DNA of 32,000 bases from Propionibacterium ruminifibrarum (lineage in GTDB: Bacteria > Actinomycetota > Actinomycetes > Propionibacteriales > Propionibacteriaceae), in NCBI RefSeq assembly GCF_900289195.1, contig NZ_OMOH01000012.1, positions 30,001 through 62,000 of the forward strand, written 5' to 3'. Made by a program: the position numbers and the translations under genes. Shown one piece after another: positions 1 to 9,040 of the stretch. How positions within the stretch are numbered: position 1 is the stretch's first letter; every line of letters starts with the position of its first letter. Below the pieces are notes generated by a model, which saw only the letters and a program-made list of their open reading frames with translations, was not told the origin of the DNA and searched no databases.

Positions 1-348
<348 letters not shown>

Positions 349-373
349 GCATCCCGAGCACACACATCGTGAA

Positions 374-411
374 GAACAGGGCGCGTCGGCTCAGGCTGAC
401 GCGCCCTGTTC
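374..411 (+). terminator. Perfect 14-bp stem-loop between gap and pgk (intra-operon attenuator or mRNA-stability hairpin)
   Basis: GAACAGGGCGCGTC (374-387) pairs perfectly with GACGCGCCCTGTTC (398-411), with a 10-nt loop. There is no T-tract. It lies 26 nt after the gap stop. Confidence 0.45.
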
Positions 412-442
412 GCCCATGAACGACCAATCCAGGAGTTGCCCA

Positions 443-1654
443 GTGAAGACTGTCTCCCAGCTCGGCGATCTGCGCGGCAAGCGCGTCGTGATCCGCTGTG
501 ACTTCAACGTGCCGCTGAACGGCACCACCATCACCGACGACGGCCGTATCCGTGCCGCCCTGCCCACCCTGAAGGCCCTCCTCGGCGCCGGTGCCAGAGT
601 CACCGCGCTCGCCCACCTGGGCCGCCCCAAGGGTGAGGTCAATCCCAAGTTCTCCCTCGCCCCCGTCGCCGCCCGCCTCGGTGAACTGCTCGGCCAGGAC
701 GTGAAGTTCGCCACGGACACGGTCGGCGAATCTGCCCAGGCGACCAGTGCCGCCCTGACCGACGGCCAGATCGCGCTCGTCGAAAACGTCCGCTTCGAGC
801 CCGGCGAGACCAGCAAGGTCGACGCCGAGCGCGAGGCCCTGGCCGCCAAGTACGCCCAGCTCGGGGAGATCTTCGTCTCCGACGGCTTCGGTGTCGTCCA
901 CCGCAAGCAGGCCAGTGTGTACGACCTGGCCAAGTTGCTGCCGAACGCCGCGGGCGAGCTCGTCGCCAAGGAGGTCGAGGTCCTGTCGAGGCTCACCACC
1001 GATCCCGAGCGGCCCTATGTCGTCGTCCTCGGCGGCGCGAAGGTCGCCGACAAGCTGGCCGTCATCGACAACCTGCTCTCGGTCGCCGACACGCTCGTCA
1101 TCGTCGGCGGCATGGCCTACACCTTCCTCAAGGCGCAGGGGCATGAGGTCGGCAATTCGATCCTCGACGAGTCCAAGGTCGAGACCTGCCGCGAATACCT
1201 GGCCCGCGCCGAGGCCACCGGGAAGAAGATCCTGCTGCCCACCGACGTCGTGACGGCCGCCGGCATGGACTTCGACGCCCGCAAGGCCCTCGGCGAGGTC
1301 ACGGTCGTCCCCGCCGACGCCATCGGACCCCAGCGCGAGGGCCTCGACGTCGGCCCCGAGACGGTCCAGGCCATCGCCGCGGAGATCGCGGGCGCCAGGA
1401 CCGTCTTCTGGAACGGCCCCGCCGGCGTCTCCGAGATCGCCGACTTCGCCGAGGGGACCAAGGGGATCGCCGAGGCCCTGGCCTCCAGCGACGCCTTCTC
1501 CGTCATCGGCGGCGGTGACTCCGCCGCCGCAGTGCGCACCTTCGGTTACTCAGACGATCAATTCGGCTGGATCTCCACCGGTGGCGGCGCCTCGCTCGAG
1601 TACCTCGAAGGCAAGGAACTGCCGGGCCTGGCAGTTCTGGAAGGGAATGACTGA
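443..1654 (+). CDS. pgk: Phosphoglycerate kinase
   Basis: ORF 416..1654. Translation contains [34 protein letters not shown] and [19 protein letters not shown], all PGK hallmarks. GTG 443 is preferred as the start: AGGAG at 431-435 lies 7 nt upstream, and ATG 416 abuts the hairpin. ATG 416 remains possible. Confidence 0.95.
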   Translation: MKTVSQLGDLRGKRVVIRCDFNVPLNGTTITDDGRIRAALPTLKALLGAGARVTALAHLGRPKGEVNPKFSLAPVAARLGELLGQDVKFATDTVGESAQATSAALTDGQIALVENVRFEPGETSKVDAEREALAAKYAQLGEIFVSDGFGVVHRKQASVYDLAKLLPNAAGELVAKEVEVLSRLTTDPERPYVVVLGGAKVADKLAVIDNLLSVADTLVIVGGMAYTFLKAQGHEVGNSILDESKVETCREYLARAEATGKKILLPTDVVTAAGMDFDARKALGEVTVVPADAIGPQREGLDVGPETVQAIAAEIAGARTVFWNGPAGVSEIADFAEGTKGIAEALASSDAFSVIGGGDSAAAVRTFGYSDDQFGWISTGGGASLEYLEGKELPGLAVLEGND

Positions 1655-1658
1655 CATC

Positions 1659-2447
1659 ATGGCACGCAAGCCGATCATGGCCGGTAACTGGAAGATGAAC
1701 ATGAACCACGTCGACGCCGTCGGCCTGGTCCAGAAACTGGCCTTCACGCTCCAGGACAAGGGCTACGACCCGGACGCCTCCGAATGCGTCGTCATCCCCC
1801 CGTTCACCGACATCCGCACCGTTCAGACCCTCGTCGAGGGCGACAAGCTCCCGATCGTCTACGGCGCCCAGGACGTCTCGGAACACGATGATGGCGCCTA
1901 CACCGGCGACATCAGCGCCGACATGCTCGCCAAGCTCGGCTGCACCTATGTGGTCATCGGGCATTCCGAGCGCCGCCAGTACCACGGCGAGACGGACGAG
2001 ATCGTCAACGCCAAGGCCGTCAAGGCCCTCTCCAAGGGGCTCACACCGATCATCTGCGTCGGCGAGTCCCTGGACGTCCGCAAGGCCGGCCAGCACGTCG
2101 AGTTCACCGTCAACCAGGTCAAGGGGGCGCTCGCCGGCATCCCGGCCGAGCAGGTCGCCGGTCTCGTCATCGCCTACGAGCCCATCTGGGCCATCGGCAC
2201 GGGCGAGGTCGCCACGCCCGAGGACGCCCAGGAGGTCTGCGGCGCCATCCGCGCGGCCGTCACCGACCTGTACGACGAGGCCACCGGCGATGCGGTGCGC
2301 ATCCAGTACGGCGGCTCTGTCAAGCCCGGTTCCGTGGCCGCCATCATGGCCAAGCCCGACATCGATGGTGCGCTCGTCGGCGGCGCCAGCCTGAAGCCGG
2401 ACGACTTCGCGGCCATCGTCCGCTTCTACGCCATGGCCCAGGCCTGA
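1659..2447 (+). CDS. tpiA: Triosephosphate isomerase
   Basis: [14 protein letters not shown]..., VIGHSERR and [12 protein letters not shown] motifs. The start is ATG 1659, or in-frame ATG 1647 overlapping the pgk stop. The upstream extension of track ORF 1515.. lies inside pgk. Confidence 0.95.
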   Translation: MARKPIMAGNWKMNMNHVDAVGLVQKLAFTLQDKGYDPDASECVVIPPFTDIRTVQTLVEGDKLPIVYGAQDVSEHDDGAYTGDISADMLAKLGCTYVVIGHSERRQYHGETDEIVNAKAVKALSKGLTPIICVGESLDVRKAGQHVEFTVNQVKGALAGIPAEQVAGLVIAYEPIWAIGTGEVATPEDAQEVCGAIRAAVTDLYDEATGDAVRIQYGGSVKPGSVAAIMAKPDIDGALVGGASLKPDDFAAIVRFYAMAQA

Positions 2448-2456
2448 CGAAGATCA

Positions 2457-2501
2457 GAACACCGGGGGCGCCCAGGCATCTGCCGGGCGCCCCCGGTGTT
2501 C
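2457..2501 (+). terminator. Strong intrinsic-type hairpin after tpiA
   Basis: GAACACCGGGGGCGCCC (2457-2473) pairs perfectly with GGGCGCCCCCGGTGTTC (2485-2501), a 17-bp stem. It starts 10 nt after the tpiA stop. It has no U-tract, as is common in high-GC actinobacteria. Confidence 0.75.
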
Positions 2502-2579
2502 TGCGTGTGCCCCGCCGATCCGCCCGTCCCGCCAGGCGGTCGTGCCATCAGCCCTTGCGCCGTGGGATAAAATCGCCTG

Positions 2580-2843
2580 GTGATGCTAGTTCCGCTCATG
2601 ACATGGCCCATCACGACGTTGTCCATCGTGCTCGTGGTGCTGAGCTTCACCCTCACCGCCTTCATCCTTCTGCACAGAAGCCGCGGCGGTGGTCTGTCGG
2701 ATCTGTTCGGCGGCGGTATGACCACCTCGACGAGTGGCACGTCCTCCGCCGAGCGCATGCTCGACAGACTCACGATCATCATCGGTCTGCTGTGGGTGGC
2801 CTGCATCCTCGGCCTGCTCACGCTGTATCGCGTGACGGCCTGA
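2580..2843 (+). CDS. secG: Preprotein translocase subunit SecG
   Basis: Small two-TM protein with LLHRSRGGGLSDLFGGG, the SecG signature loop. Position after tpiA matches actinobacterial synteny. Candidate starts are GTG 2580, ATG 2583 or ATG 2598 (MTWPITTLSIV...). TAAAAT at 2568-2573 is a plausible -10, giving a short-leader or leaderless mRNA. Confidence 0.85.
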   Translation: MMLVPLMTWPITTLSIVLVVLSFTLTAFILLHRSRGGGLSDLFGGGMTTSTSGTSSAERMLDRLTIIIGLLWVACILGLLTLYRVTA

Positions 2844-2885
2844 GCCGATCCACACACGCATCCCCCTCGTTAGGAGCATTCAGCT

Positions 2886-3242
2886 GTGGCCAGTGGCAGC
2901 GCAATCCGTGGCAGCCGTGTCGGTGCCGGTCCGATGGGCGAGGCCGAGCGTGGCGAGGCCGCGCCCCGCATCCAGGTCTCGTACTACTGCGCCAACGGGC
3001 ACGTGACGTGTCCCTCGTTCGCGGAGGAGGCCGAGGTCCCCGAGGGCTGGGAGTGCACGAGATGCGGCCTGCCCGCCAGTCAGGACCGGCAGAACCCGCC
3101 CCCGCCCCCGAAGAACACCCCGTACAAGACCCACCTGGCCTATGTGAAGGAGCGGCGCAGCGACAAGGAGGCGGCGGCCATCCTCAAGGAGGCCCTGGCC
3201 AACCTCAAGGAGCGTCGGCGCAGCGGCGAGGTCATCTACTGA
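2886..3242 (+). CDS. rbpA: RNA polymerase-binding protein RbpA
   Basis: GTG start with AGGAG at 2871-2875. IRGSRVGAG N-terminus, a central Cys/His-containing beta-domain and a C-terminal basic helix (KTHLAYVKERRS...LKERRRSG) are typical of actinobacterial RbpA. Confidence 0.9.
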   Translation: MASGSAIRGSRVGAGPMGEAERGEAAPRIQVSYYCANGHVTCPSFAEEAEVPEGWECTRCGLPASQDRQNPPPPPKNTPYKTHLAYVKERRSDKEAAAILKEALANLKERRRSGEVIY

Positions 3243-3297
3243 TCTCGCCCGGATTCCCGTTCTCCCGCCCGGTGATGGTGCTCCCGCCTCAGGGCCG

Positions 3298-4041
3298 TCA
3301 CAGGTCGCACCGGTAGTAGGGCACCTGCGCCGCCGCGGCCCGGTCGACGAACCATGTCGTCCTGGCCGTGCCGCGCACCTGGGCCGCGGGGGTGCGCGGG
3401 TCGCCCCGGAGCGTGTCGGCCAGGCAGCCGGCGATCCCCGCACCGCTGGCCAGGCCCCAGATCTGGCGGGACCTGTTGATCGCGTTGTAGGTCAGCGTGA
3501 TCTGCTCCGGGGGCCCTTCGGGGGCGTCGGTGACGCCCATCGCCAGCAGGTTGAGGTTGTTCTGAGCCGTGAAGCTCGGATGGCGCGGGAAGATCGAGGC
3601 CACCCGGCCGCCCAGACCCAGCTCGAGCAGGCAGATGTCGAACACCGTCGCGCCGAGCTCCTTGGCGTAGATGTACGCGGCGTCATCGGGGTCAGCGGAA
3701 CCGTTCGAACTCGGCATGGCATGGATGTTCGACGGCGGCACCGCGAGGGCCCCGCCCAGGACCCCCAGCGTCGCCAGCGAGTTGCGTGAGGTGTCGGCCG
3801 TGGCGACGAAGGCCTCGGAACTCCACCACAGGTGCAGGCCCGACGGGTCGATGCTGCCCGAGCGGGCCAGCGTGGCCAGGTGCCCGCACACCATCCGTTC
3901 GGCCCGGCCACCGCACAGGCACAGGTGGGCCGTGCCACGTTCGGCCTGGGCCTGGGTCAGCGAGTTCACCAGGTGCTTGCTCACCTCGCCGGCGAGCTCA
4001 CTCTCGTCCGCATAACGCAGGACGTACGGGAGGCTGTTCAT
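3298..4041 (-). CDS. pgl: 6-phosphogluconolactonase-family protein (divergent)
   Basis: MNSLPYVLRY...; overall Pgl/DevB-like layout, and last gene of zwf-opcA-pgl. The ATG at 4041 overlaps the opcA stop (ATGA). The track ORF extension to 4590 is read-through inside opcA. Conserved family motifs are altered (see findings). Confidence 0.8.
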   Translation of the reverse strand: MNSLPYVLRYADESELAGEVSKHLVNSLTQAQAERGTAHLCLCGGRAERMVCGHLATLARSGSIDPSGLHLWWSSEAFVATADTSRNSLATLGVLGGALAVPPSNIHAMPSSNGSADPDDAAYIYAKELGATVFDICLLELGLGGRVASIFPRHPSFTAQNNLNLLAMGVTDAPEGPPEQITLTYNAINRSRQIWGLASGAGIAGCLADTLRGDPRTPAAQVRGTARTTWFVDRAAAAQVPYYRCDL

Positions 4042-4946
4042 CGTCGAGACCTCTCGGCCAGTCGTGCCAGTGCCTGGGCGAGGATCACGTCGGGGTCGAG
4101 CCTGCGCAACTCCTCGCTCAGCAACGCCACCGTGCCACGGCGGCCCAGTGCCGCCGTGCGTACCGGCTGGTTCGGGATGATGAAGGAGGCGTCGGCCGGC
4201 TTCGTGCGGCGCACCGCCAGCTCGCCGGCCTCGGTCTGCAGGCGGACAGCCGTCAGACCCGGGCCCATCGAGGTCCTGACCTCGACCGGTACGCCCAGGC
4301 GGGCGTCGAGCCAGGCCGCGAACAACTCGGCCGGTGCGTTGTCGGCGGCGGCCTCGACGACGGCGGACTGGACGGGTAGGCGACACTGGTCGAGAGCCGA
4401 GGCCACGAGGGCCCGCCAGCGCGTCAGACGGGTCCAGGACAGGTCGGTGTCGGCGCCGCTGTGCTCGCCATTGGCCCGGGCCACCAGGGCGGCGACCGGG
4501 TCGTCCGCATTGGCCGCATCGGTGATGCGGCGCTGGGCCAGTGCGCCAATGGGGTCCATGCCGGGCAACTCGGGCCCGCGGCCGGGCCACCAGGCGATGA
4601 CCGGCAGGTCGGGCAACAGCAGCGGCAGAACGACCGAGTCGCCGTGACCGACGAGATCGCCGGTCAGCCGCAGGGTGATCATGTCGCCGGGGGTTCCCTC
4701 GCCGACCCGGATCTCGGCGTCCATGGCAGTGGGCCTGTCCCTGCTGCCCTCGATGACGACGATGATCCGTGAGGGGTGCTCGATGGCAGTGGCCTGCGCG
4801 GCGTCGAAGGCGTCGGAGTACTGACGCGTGGTGCTGACGACGATGAGCGTCATGACCAGGCCGGATGCGGCACCGGTGGAACGGCGGGCGGCGAGCGCCC
4901 GGGAGGCCACCTCGGCCGAACTGGTGTTGGTGAGTTCGATGATCAT
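4038..4946 (-). CDS. opcA: Glucose-6-phosphate dehydrogenase assembly protein OpcA
   Basis: MIIELTNTSSAEV...LPVIAWWPG...DLSWTRLTRWR..., the typical OpcA pattern. It sits directly downstream of zwf (13-nt gap). ATG at 4946; the longer track ORF (to 5534) overlaps zwf in another frame. Confidence 0.85.
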   Translation of the reverse strand: MIIELTNTSSAEVASRALAARRSTGAASGLVMTLIVVSTTRQYSDAFDAAQATAIEHPSRIIVVIEGSRDRPTAMDAEIRVGEGTPGDMITLRLTGDLVGHGDSVVLPLLLPDLPVIAWWPGRGPELPGMDPIGALAQRRITDAANADDPVAALVARANGEHSGADTDLSWTRLTRWRALVASALDQCRLPVQSAVVEAAADNAPAELFAAWLDARLGVPVEVRTSMGPGLTAVRLQTEAGELAVRRTKPADASFIIPNQPVRTAALGRRGTVALLSEELRRLDPDVILAQALARLAERSRR

Positions 4947-4959
4947 CTCTTCAGACTCC

Positions 4960-6501
4960 CTAGGGGCGACGCCAGACGAAACCGTCATTGGCCAGCATGC
5001 GGGCGCCGCCGGCCGGCCCCCACGTGCCGGACGTGTACTGCTCCGGCCGTCCCCGGGTCGCCCAGTGCGCCAGGACCGGGTCGAGCAGCTTCCACGAGAG
5101 CTCGACCTCCTCCTGCTGCGGGAAGAGCGGTGGCTCGCCGAGCAGGACGTCGAGGATGAGCCGTTCGTAGGCCTCGGGGCTCGTCTCGTTGAACGAGTCG
5201 GCGTAGGCGAAGTCCATGCTGACCTGGCGGATCTCCATCGCCGTGGCCGGCACCTTGGCGCCGAAATGCATCGAGACGCCCTCATCCGGCTGGATGCGCA
5301 GGACGAGCGCGTTGGTGCCGAGCTCGCGTGTCTCGGTGTTGTTGAACGGGAGATGCGGGGCGCGCTTGAACATGAGCGCGATCTCGGTGACACGGCGCGG
5401 CATGCGTTTGGCGGCGCGCAGGTAGAACGGCACCCCGGCCCAGCGGCGGGTGTCGATGTCGAAGCGGACGGCGGCGTAGGTCTCGGTGACCGAGTCGGGC
5501 GCGATGCCCTCCTCGTCGAGGTAGCCGATGACACTGCTGCCGCCCTGCCACCCGGCTGCGTACTGACCGCGCGCGGTGTGGGCGTCCAGATCCGCGGGCA
5601 CGCGGGTCGCGGCGAGGACCTTCTGCTTCTCGATGCGCAGTTGGGTGGCGTCGAAGCTGTTCGGTTCCTCCATGGCGGTCAGGGCCATCAGCTGGAGCAG
5701 GTGGTTCTGGATGACGTCCCGGGCCGCGCCGATGCCGTCGTAGTAGCCCGCCCGGCCCCCGATGCCGATGTCCTCGGCCATTGTGATCTGTACGTGGCTG
5801 ACGTAGTTGTTGTTCCAGATGGGCTCGAACATCTGGTTCGAGAACCGCAGGGCCAGCAGGTTCTGGACGGTCTCCTTGCCCAGGTAGTGGTCGATGCGGA
5901 AGACCGACTCGGCCGGGAAGGCCTTGGACAGGGTGGCGTACAGCTCGCGCGAGCTGGCCAGGTCGTGGCCGAACGGTTTCTCGATGACGACCCGCTTCCA
6001 GCCGGTCGACTGGTCGGTCATCCGGTGACTGGTGAGCTGGTCGATGACCACCCCGAACCTGCTCGGGGGCACCGACAGGTAGAAGGCGTGGTTGCCGCCC
6101 GTGCCCTGCCGGGCGTCCAACTCGTCGAGCGTGTCGTGCAGGCGCTCGAAGGTGCTGCCGTCGTCGAAGTCCCCCCAGACGAATCGGATGCCGGCGACGA
6201 GTTGCTTCCACGTCTCGTCGTTGAAGGGTGTCCGGGCGTTCTCCTGCACGTACCCCTTGACGATCTCGGCGAACTGGGTGTCGGTGTAGTCGCGACGCGC
6301 CACGCCGACCAGGCCGAATCCCGGCGGCAGCAGGCCGCGGTTGGCGAGGTCGTAGACGGCGGGCAGGAGCTTCTTGCGCGACAGGTCGCCGCTCACACCG
6401 AAGAAGACGAGTGCACAGGGCCCCGCGATGTGGGGCATGCGGCTGTCCTCCGGGTCGTAGAGCGGATTCACCCACTCCTGGGGGGTTGCAGCTGCGTTCA
6501 T
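4960..6501 (-). CDS. zwf: Glucose-6-phosphate 1-dehydrogenase
   Basis: 513 aa with FGVSGDLSRKKLLPAVY (NADP-binding), EKPFG and RIDHYLGKE (active-site motif). Confidence 0.95.
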   Translation of the reverse strand: MNAAATPQEWVNPLYDPEDSRMPHIAGPCALVFFGVSGDLSRKKLLPAVYDLANRGLLPPGFGLVGVARRDYTDTQFAEIVKGYVQENARTPFNDETWKQLVAGIRFVWGDFDDGSTFERLHDTLDELDARQGTGGNHAFYLSVPPSRFGVVIDQLTSHRMTDQSTGWKRVVIEKPFGHDLASSRELYATLSKAFPAESVFRIDHYLGKETVQNLLALRFSNQMFEPIWNNNYVSHVQITMAEDIGIGGRAGYYDGIGAARDVIQNHLLQLMALTAMEEPNSFDATQLRIEKQKVLAATRVPADLDAHTARGQYAAGWQGGSSVIGYLDEEGIAPDSVTETYAAVRFDIDTRRWAGVPFYLRAAKRMPRRVTEIALMFKRAPHLPFNNTETRELGTNALVLRIQPDEGVSMHFGAKVPATAMEIRQVSMDFAYADSFNETSPEAYERLILDVLLGEPPLFPQQEEVELSWKLLDPVLAHWATRGRPEQYTSGTWGPAGGARMLANDGFVWRRP

Positions 6502-8033
6502 GGAGTCCTTTCGCAGGATGAGGAACGAACTCCAAGACTAGCCCGCACGGCCGGGGTCTCCCAGTCGCCCCCGCCGTCGTCACGCGTGCGGGTCCCCGCG
6601 TCCCACGCCGCGTCGCCGCAGGCCGCGGCGATCGCCGTCACCGCCCGCTCCAGCTGGGGCACCGGCACGCCGGCGAAACCGAAGACGATGCCCTGCTCGC
6701 CGCCTGCCGTGCCCCAGCGGCCGGCCAGGTCGCCCACCAGGACACCACGGTCCTCGGCGGCCCGGATGACCCTCGCGCCCGGCGCGTCGGTGAGGACGAT
6801 GGCCTGCAGGCCACTCACCAGGGGAGCCAGCCGCGCTCCGGGCGCGTCGGCGAGGTGCTCCATGACGACGTTGCGGCGCGACCGGTAGCGGCGCCTCATC
6901 CGCTGGATGTGCCGCCGCAGTTCCCCGCTGGCCAGGTACTCGGCCAGGGCCTGCTGGACGATCGTGCCGGAGGCCGGGCCGAGAGCCCGCCGGTGATCCA
7001 GCAGGGCCTCCAGCAGATTGGCGGGAGCCACTGCGTAACCGGTTGCCAGAGCCGGTGAGAGCACCGTCGAGAACGTGCCGAGTGTGAGGACGCAGCCCGC
7101 CTCGGGGTCGTCGAGGCTGGCCAGCGGCGGCAGCGGCATGCCGACGTAGCGCAGCTCTGAGTCGTAGTCGTCCTCGATGACGAGCACCCGGCCGGCCTGC
7201 GCCCAGGCCAGCAGCTCCTGGCGGCGGCGGGCCGACAGCACGCCGCCGTGCGGGTACTGGTGGCTGGGGGTGACGATGACCGCGTCGAGTTGCGCGGGGT
7301 CCGGCAGCCGGTCGGTGACCAGACCCTGGTCGTCGGCCGTCAGGGCGATGGTCTCGTGTCCCAGCGCCGCGGGCAGCAGGGACAGCGCGGGGTGGCCGGG
7401 GCGTTCGACGCCGATCGTCAGCCGGCCCGGCCCCTCACCTGTGGAGCCCCGGCGCCGGGCCGAGAGGGCGCCGAGCGCGAGGGTGAGCCCCTCGCGGGCG
7501 CCGGCCGTGATGAGCACCTGGTCGGGCGGGCACACCAGTGACCGCATGAGGCGCAGGTGTTCGGCGATCTCGATGCGCAGGGCCGCGAGCCCGGCGGGGT
7601 CCGTGGTTGCCGCGGGTCTGGACAGCGCTTCCCGCCACGCGCGCCGCCAGGGCGGGGAGTCGACGGCCGAGATGTCCGGGTGACCCGGGCGAAGATCGAG
7701 CACGTCACCGGCCGGGGTCCCGTCGCCGTGCCCCGGGCGAGTCTGCGGGCGGGGCCCCGGGCTCCGCGCCACGATCTGCGCCACATGGGTGCCCGAACCC
7801 CGGGCCGCGGTCAGATAGCCCTCCGCCTCGAGCTGGTCGAAGGCCGTCACGACGGTGCCGCGGGCCACCCCCAGCTCGGCGGCCAGGGCACGTGTCGAGG
7901 GCAGGGCGTCTCCCGCCACGAGAGTGCCCGCCTCGATGAGGTCCCGTGTGCCGGTGACGATCTGGCGTGTCAGCGGCACCGGGAGACTGCGGTCGAGGGT
8001 GAGCGGGGGATGGACCACCAGATCGTTGCGCAT
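6498..8033 (-). CDS. pdxR: MocR/GntR-family regulator with aminotransferase-like domain, PdxR-like (divergent from pdxST)
   Basis: The N-terminal GntR winged HTH reads [31 protein letters not shown]. The C-terminal fold-type-I aminotransferase domain includes [12 protein letters not shown] and [15 protein letters not shown]. Divergent arrangement with pdxS/pdxT supports the call. The stop overlaps the zwf ATG (ATGA at 6498-6501). Confidence 0.85.
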   Translation of the reverse strand: MRNDLVVHPPLTLDRSLPVPLTRQIVTGTRDLIEAGTLVAGDALPSTRALAAELGVARGTVVTAFDQLEAEGYLTAARGSGTHVAQIVARSPGPRPQTRPGHGDGTPAGDVLDLRPGHPDISAVDSPPWRRAWREALSRPAATTDPAGLAALRIEIAEHLRLMRSLVCPPDQVLITAGAREGLTLALGALSARRRGSTGEGPGRLTIGVERPGHPALSLLPAALGHETIALTADDQGLVTDRLPDPAQLDAVIVTPSHQYPHGGVLSARRRQELLAWAQAGRVLVIEDDYDSELRYVGMPLPPLASLDDPEAGCVLTLGTFSTVLSPALATGYAVAPANLLEALLDHRRALGPASGTIVQQALAEYLASGELRRHIQRMRRRYRSRRNVVMEHLADAPGARLAPLVSGLQAIVLTDAPGARVIRAAEDRGVLVGDLAGRWGTAGGEQGIVFGFAGVPVPQLERAVTAIAAACGDAAWDAGTRTRDDGGGDWETPAVRASLGVRSSSCERTP

Positions 8034-8060
8034 GGCATCACTGTCTCACCGAGGACAAGA

Positions 8061-8105
8061 AGTGGTCCATCGAGAATGGCTGGATTTGGATCTTGCAGTG
8101 GTCCA
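8061..8105. promoter_or_regulatory. Direct repeats AGTGGTCCA x2 in the pdxR-pdxS intergenic region (candidate PdxR operator)
   Basis: AGTGGTCCA occurs at 8061-8069 and 8097-8105, 36 bp apart. An inverted partial copy TGGACCAC lies at 8011-8018, just inside the pdxR 5' end. MocR regulators typically bind spaced direct or inverted repeats. Confidence 0.4.
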
Positions 8106-8119
8106 GTTGGCGGTCTGAA

Positions 8120-9040
8120 ATGGCCTCCATGACGACGCAGAACACGACACCGGCAACGACCCGTACCGCCACCACCCGAGTCAAGAGGGGACTGGCCGAC
8201 ATGCTGAAGGGCGGCGTCATCATGGACGTCGTCACCCCGGAACAGGCCCGGATAGCCGAGGACGCCGGCGCCAGCGCCGTCATGGCCCTCGAGCGCGTAC
8301 CCGCAGACATCCGGGCCCAGGGCGGCGTGGCCCGCATGAGCGACCCGGGCCTCATCGAGGGGATCATCGATGCGGTCTCGATCCCCGTCATGGCCAAGGC
8401 GCGCATCGGTCACTTCGTCGAGGCCCAGGTGCTGCAGGCCCTCAAGGTGGACTACATTGACGAGTCCGAGGTGCTCTCGCCGGCCGACTACGCGCACCAC
8501 ATCAACAAATGGGATTTCGACGTCCCCTTCGTCTGCGGCGCCACGAACCTGGGTGAGGCCCTGCGGCGCATCACCGAGGGCGCCGCCATGATCCGGTCCA
8601 AGGGAGAGGCGGGTACCGGCGACGTCTCCGAGGCGGTCAGGCATCTGCGCACCATCCGCGATGAGATCGCCCGGTTGCGCGGCCTCGATCCCGATGAGCT
8701 GTACGTCGCGGCCAAGGAACTGCAGGCCCCCTATGACCTGGTCCGGGAGGTCGCCGAGACCGGCGAACTGCCCGTCGTTCTCTTCGTCGCCGGCGGCGTG
8801 GCCACCCCGGCCGATGCGGCGCTGGTCATGCAGATGGGCGCCCAGGGCGTCTTCGTCGGTTCGGGCATCTTCAAGTCCGGCAACCCGGCGGCCCGGGCGG
8901 CCGCCATCGTCAAGGCCACGACCATGTACGACCGTCCCGAGATCATCGCCGAGGTGTCTCGTGACCTCGGAGAGGCCATGGTCGGCATCAACGTCGCCGA
9001 CGTACCCGCCCCGCACCGTCTCGCCGAGCGCGGCTGGTGA
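8120..9040 (+). CDS. pdxS: Pyridoxal 5'-phosphate synthase lyase subunit PdxS
   Basis: [43 protein letters not shown]...GEAGTGDV... is highly conserved PdxS. ATG 8120 (or 8129) is preferred over track start 8093, which would place the operator repeat inside the CDS. Confidence 0.95.
   Translation: MASMTTQNTTPATTRTATTRVKRGLADMLKGGVIMDVVTPEQARIAEDAGASAVMALERVPADIRAQGGVARMSDPGLIEGIIDAVSIPVMAKARIGHFVEAQVLQALKVDYIDESEVLSPADYAHHINKWDFDVPFVCGATNLGEALRRITEGAAMIRSKGEAGTGDVSEAVRHLRTIRDEIARLRGLDPDELYVAAKELQAPYDLVREVAETGELPVVLFVAGGVATPADAALVMQMGAQGVFVGSGIFKSGNPAARAAAIVKATTMYDRPEIIAEVSRDLGEAMVGINVADVPAPHRLAERGW

Noticed and set aside
2507-3316. 269-aa + strand ORF covering secG and rbpA in another frame.
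   Set aside because: secG and rbpA are each well supported in their own frames. This frame yields Arg/His/Pro-rich sequence.
4042-5534. Long N-terminal extensions of pgl (to 4590) and opcA (to 5534) in the ORF track.
   Set aside because: The extensions overlap the upstream genes out of frame and translate to Arg/Pro-rich nonsense. Internal ATGs at 4041 and 4946 give canonical lengths and ATGA or short-gap operon junctions.
4828-6888. 686-aa + strand ORF spanning the zwf region.
   Set aside because: It is antisense to the motif-rich zwf and pdxR genes. The translation is low-complexity and Arg/Gly/Asp/Val-rich with no motifs. This is a typical shadow ORF of about 70% GC DNA.
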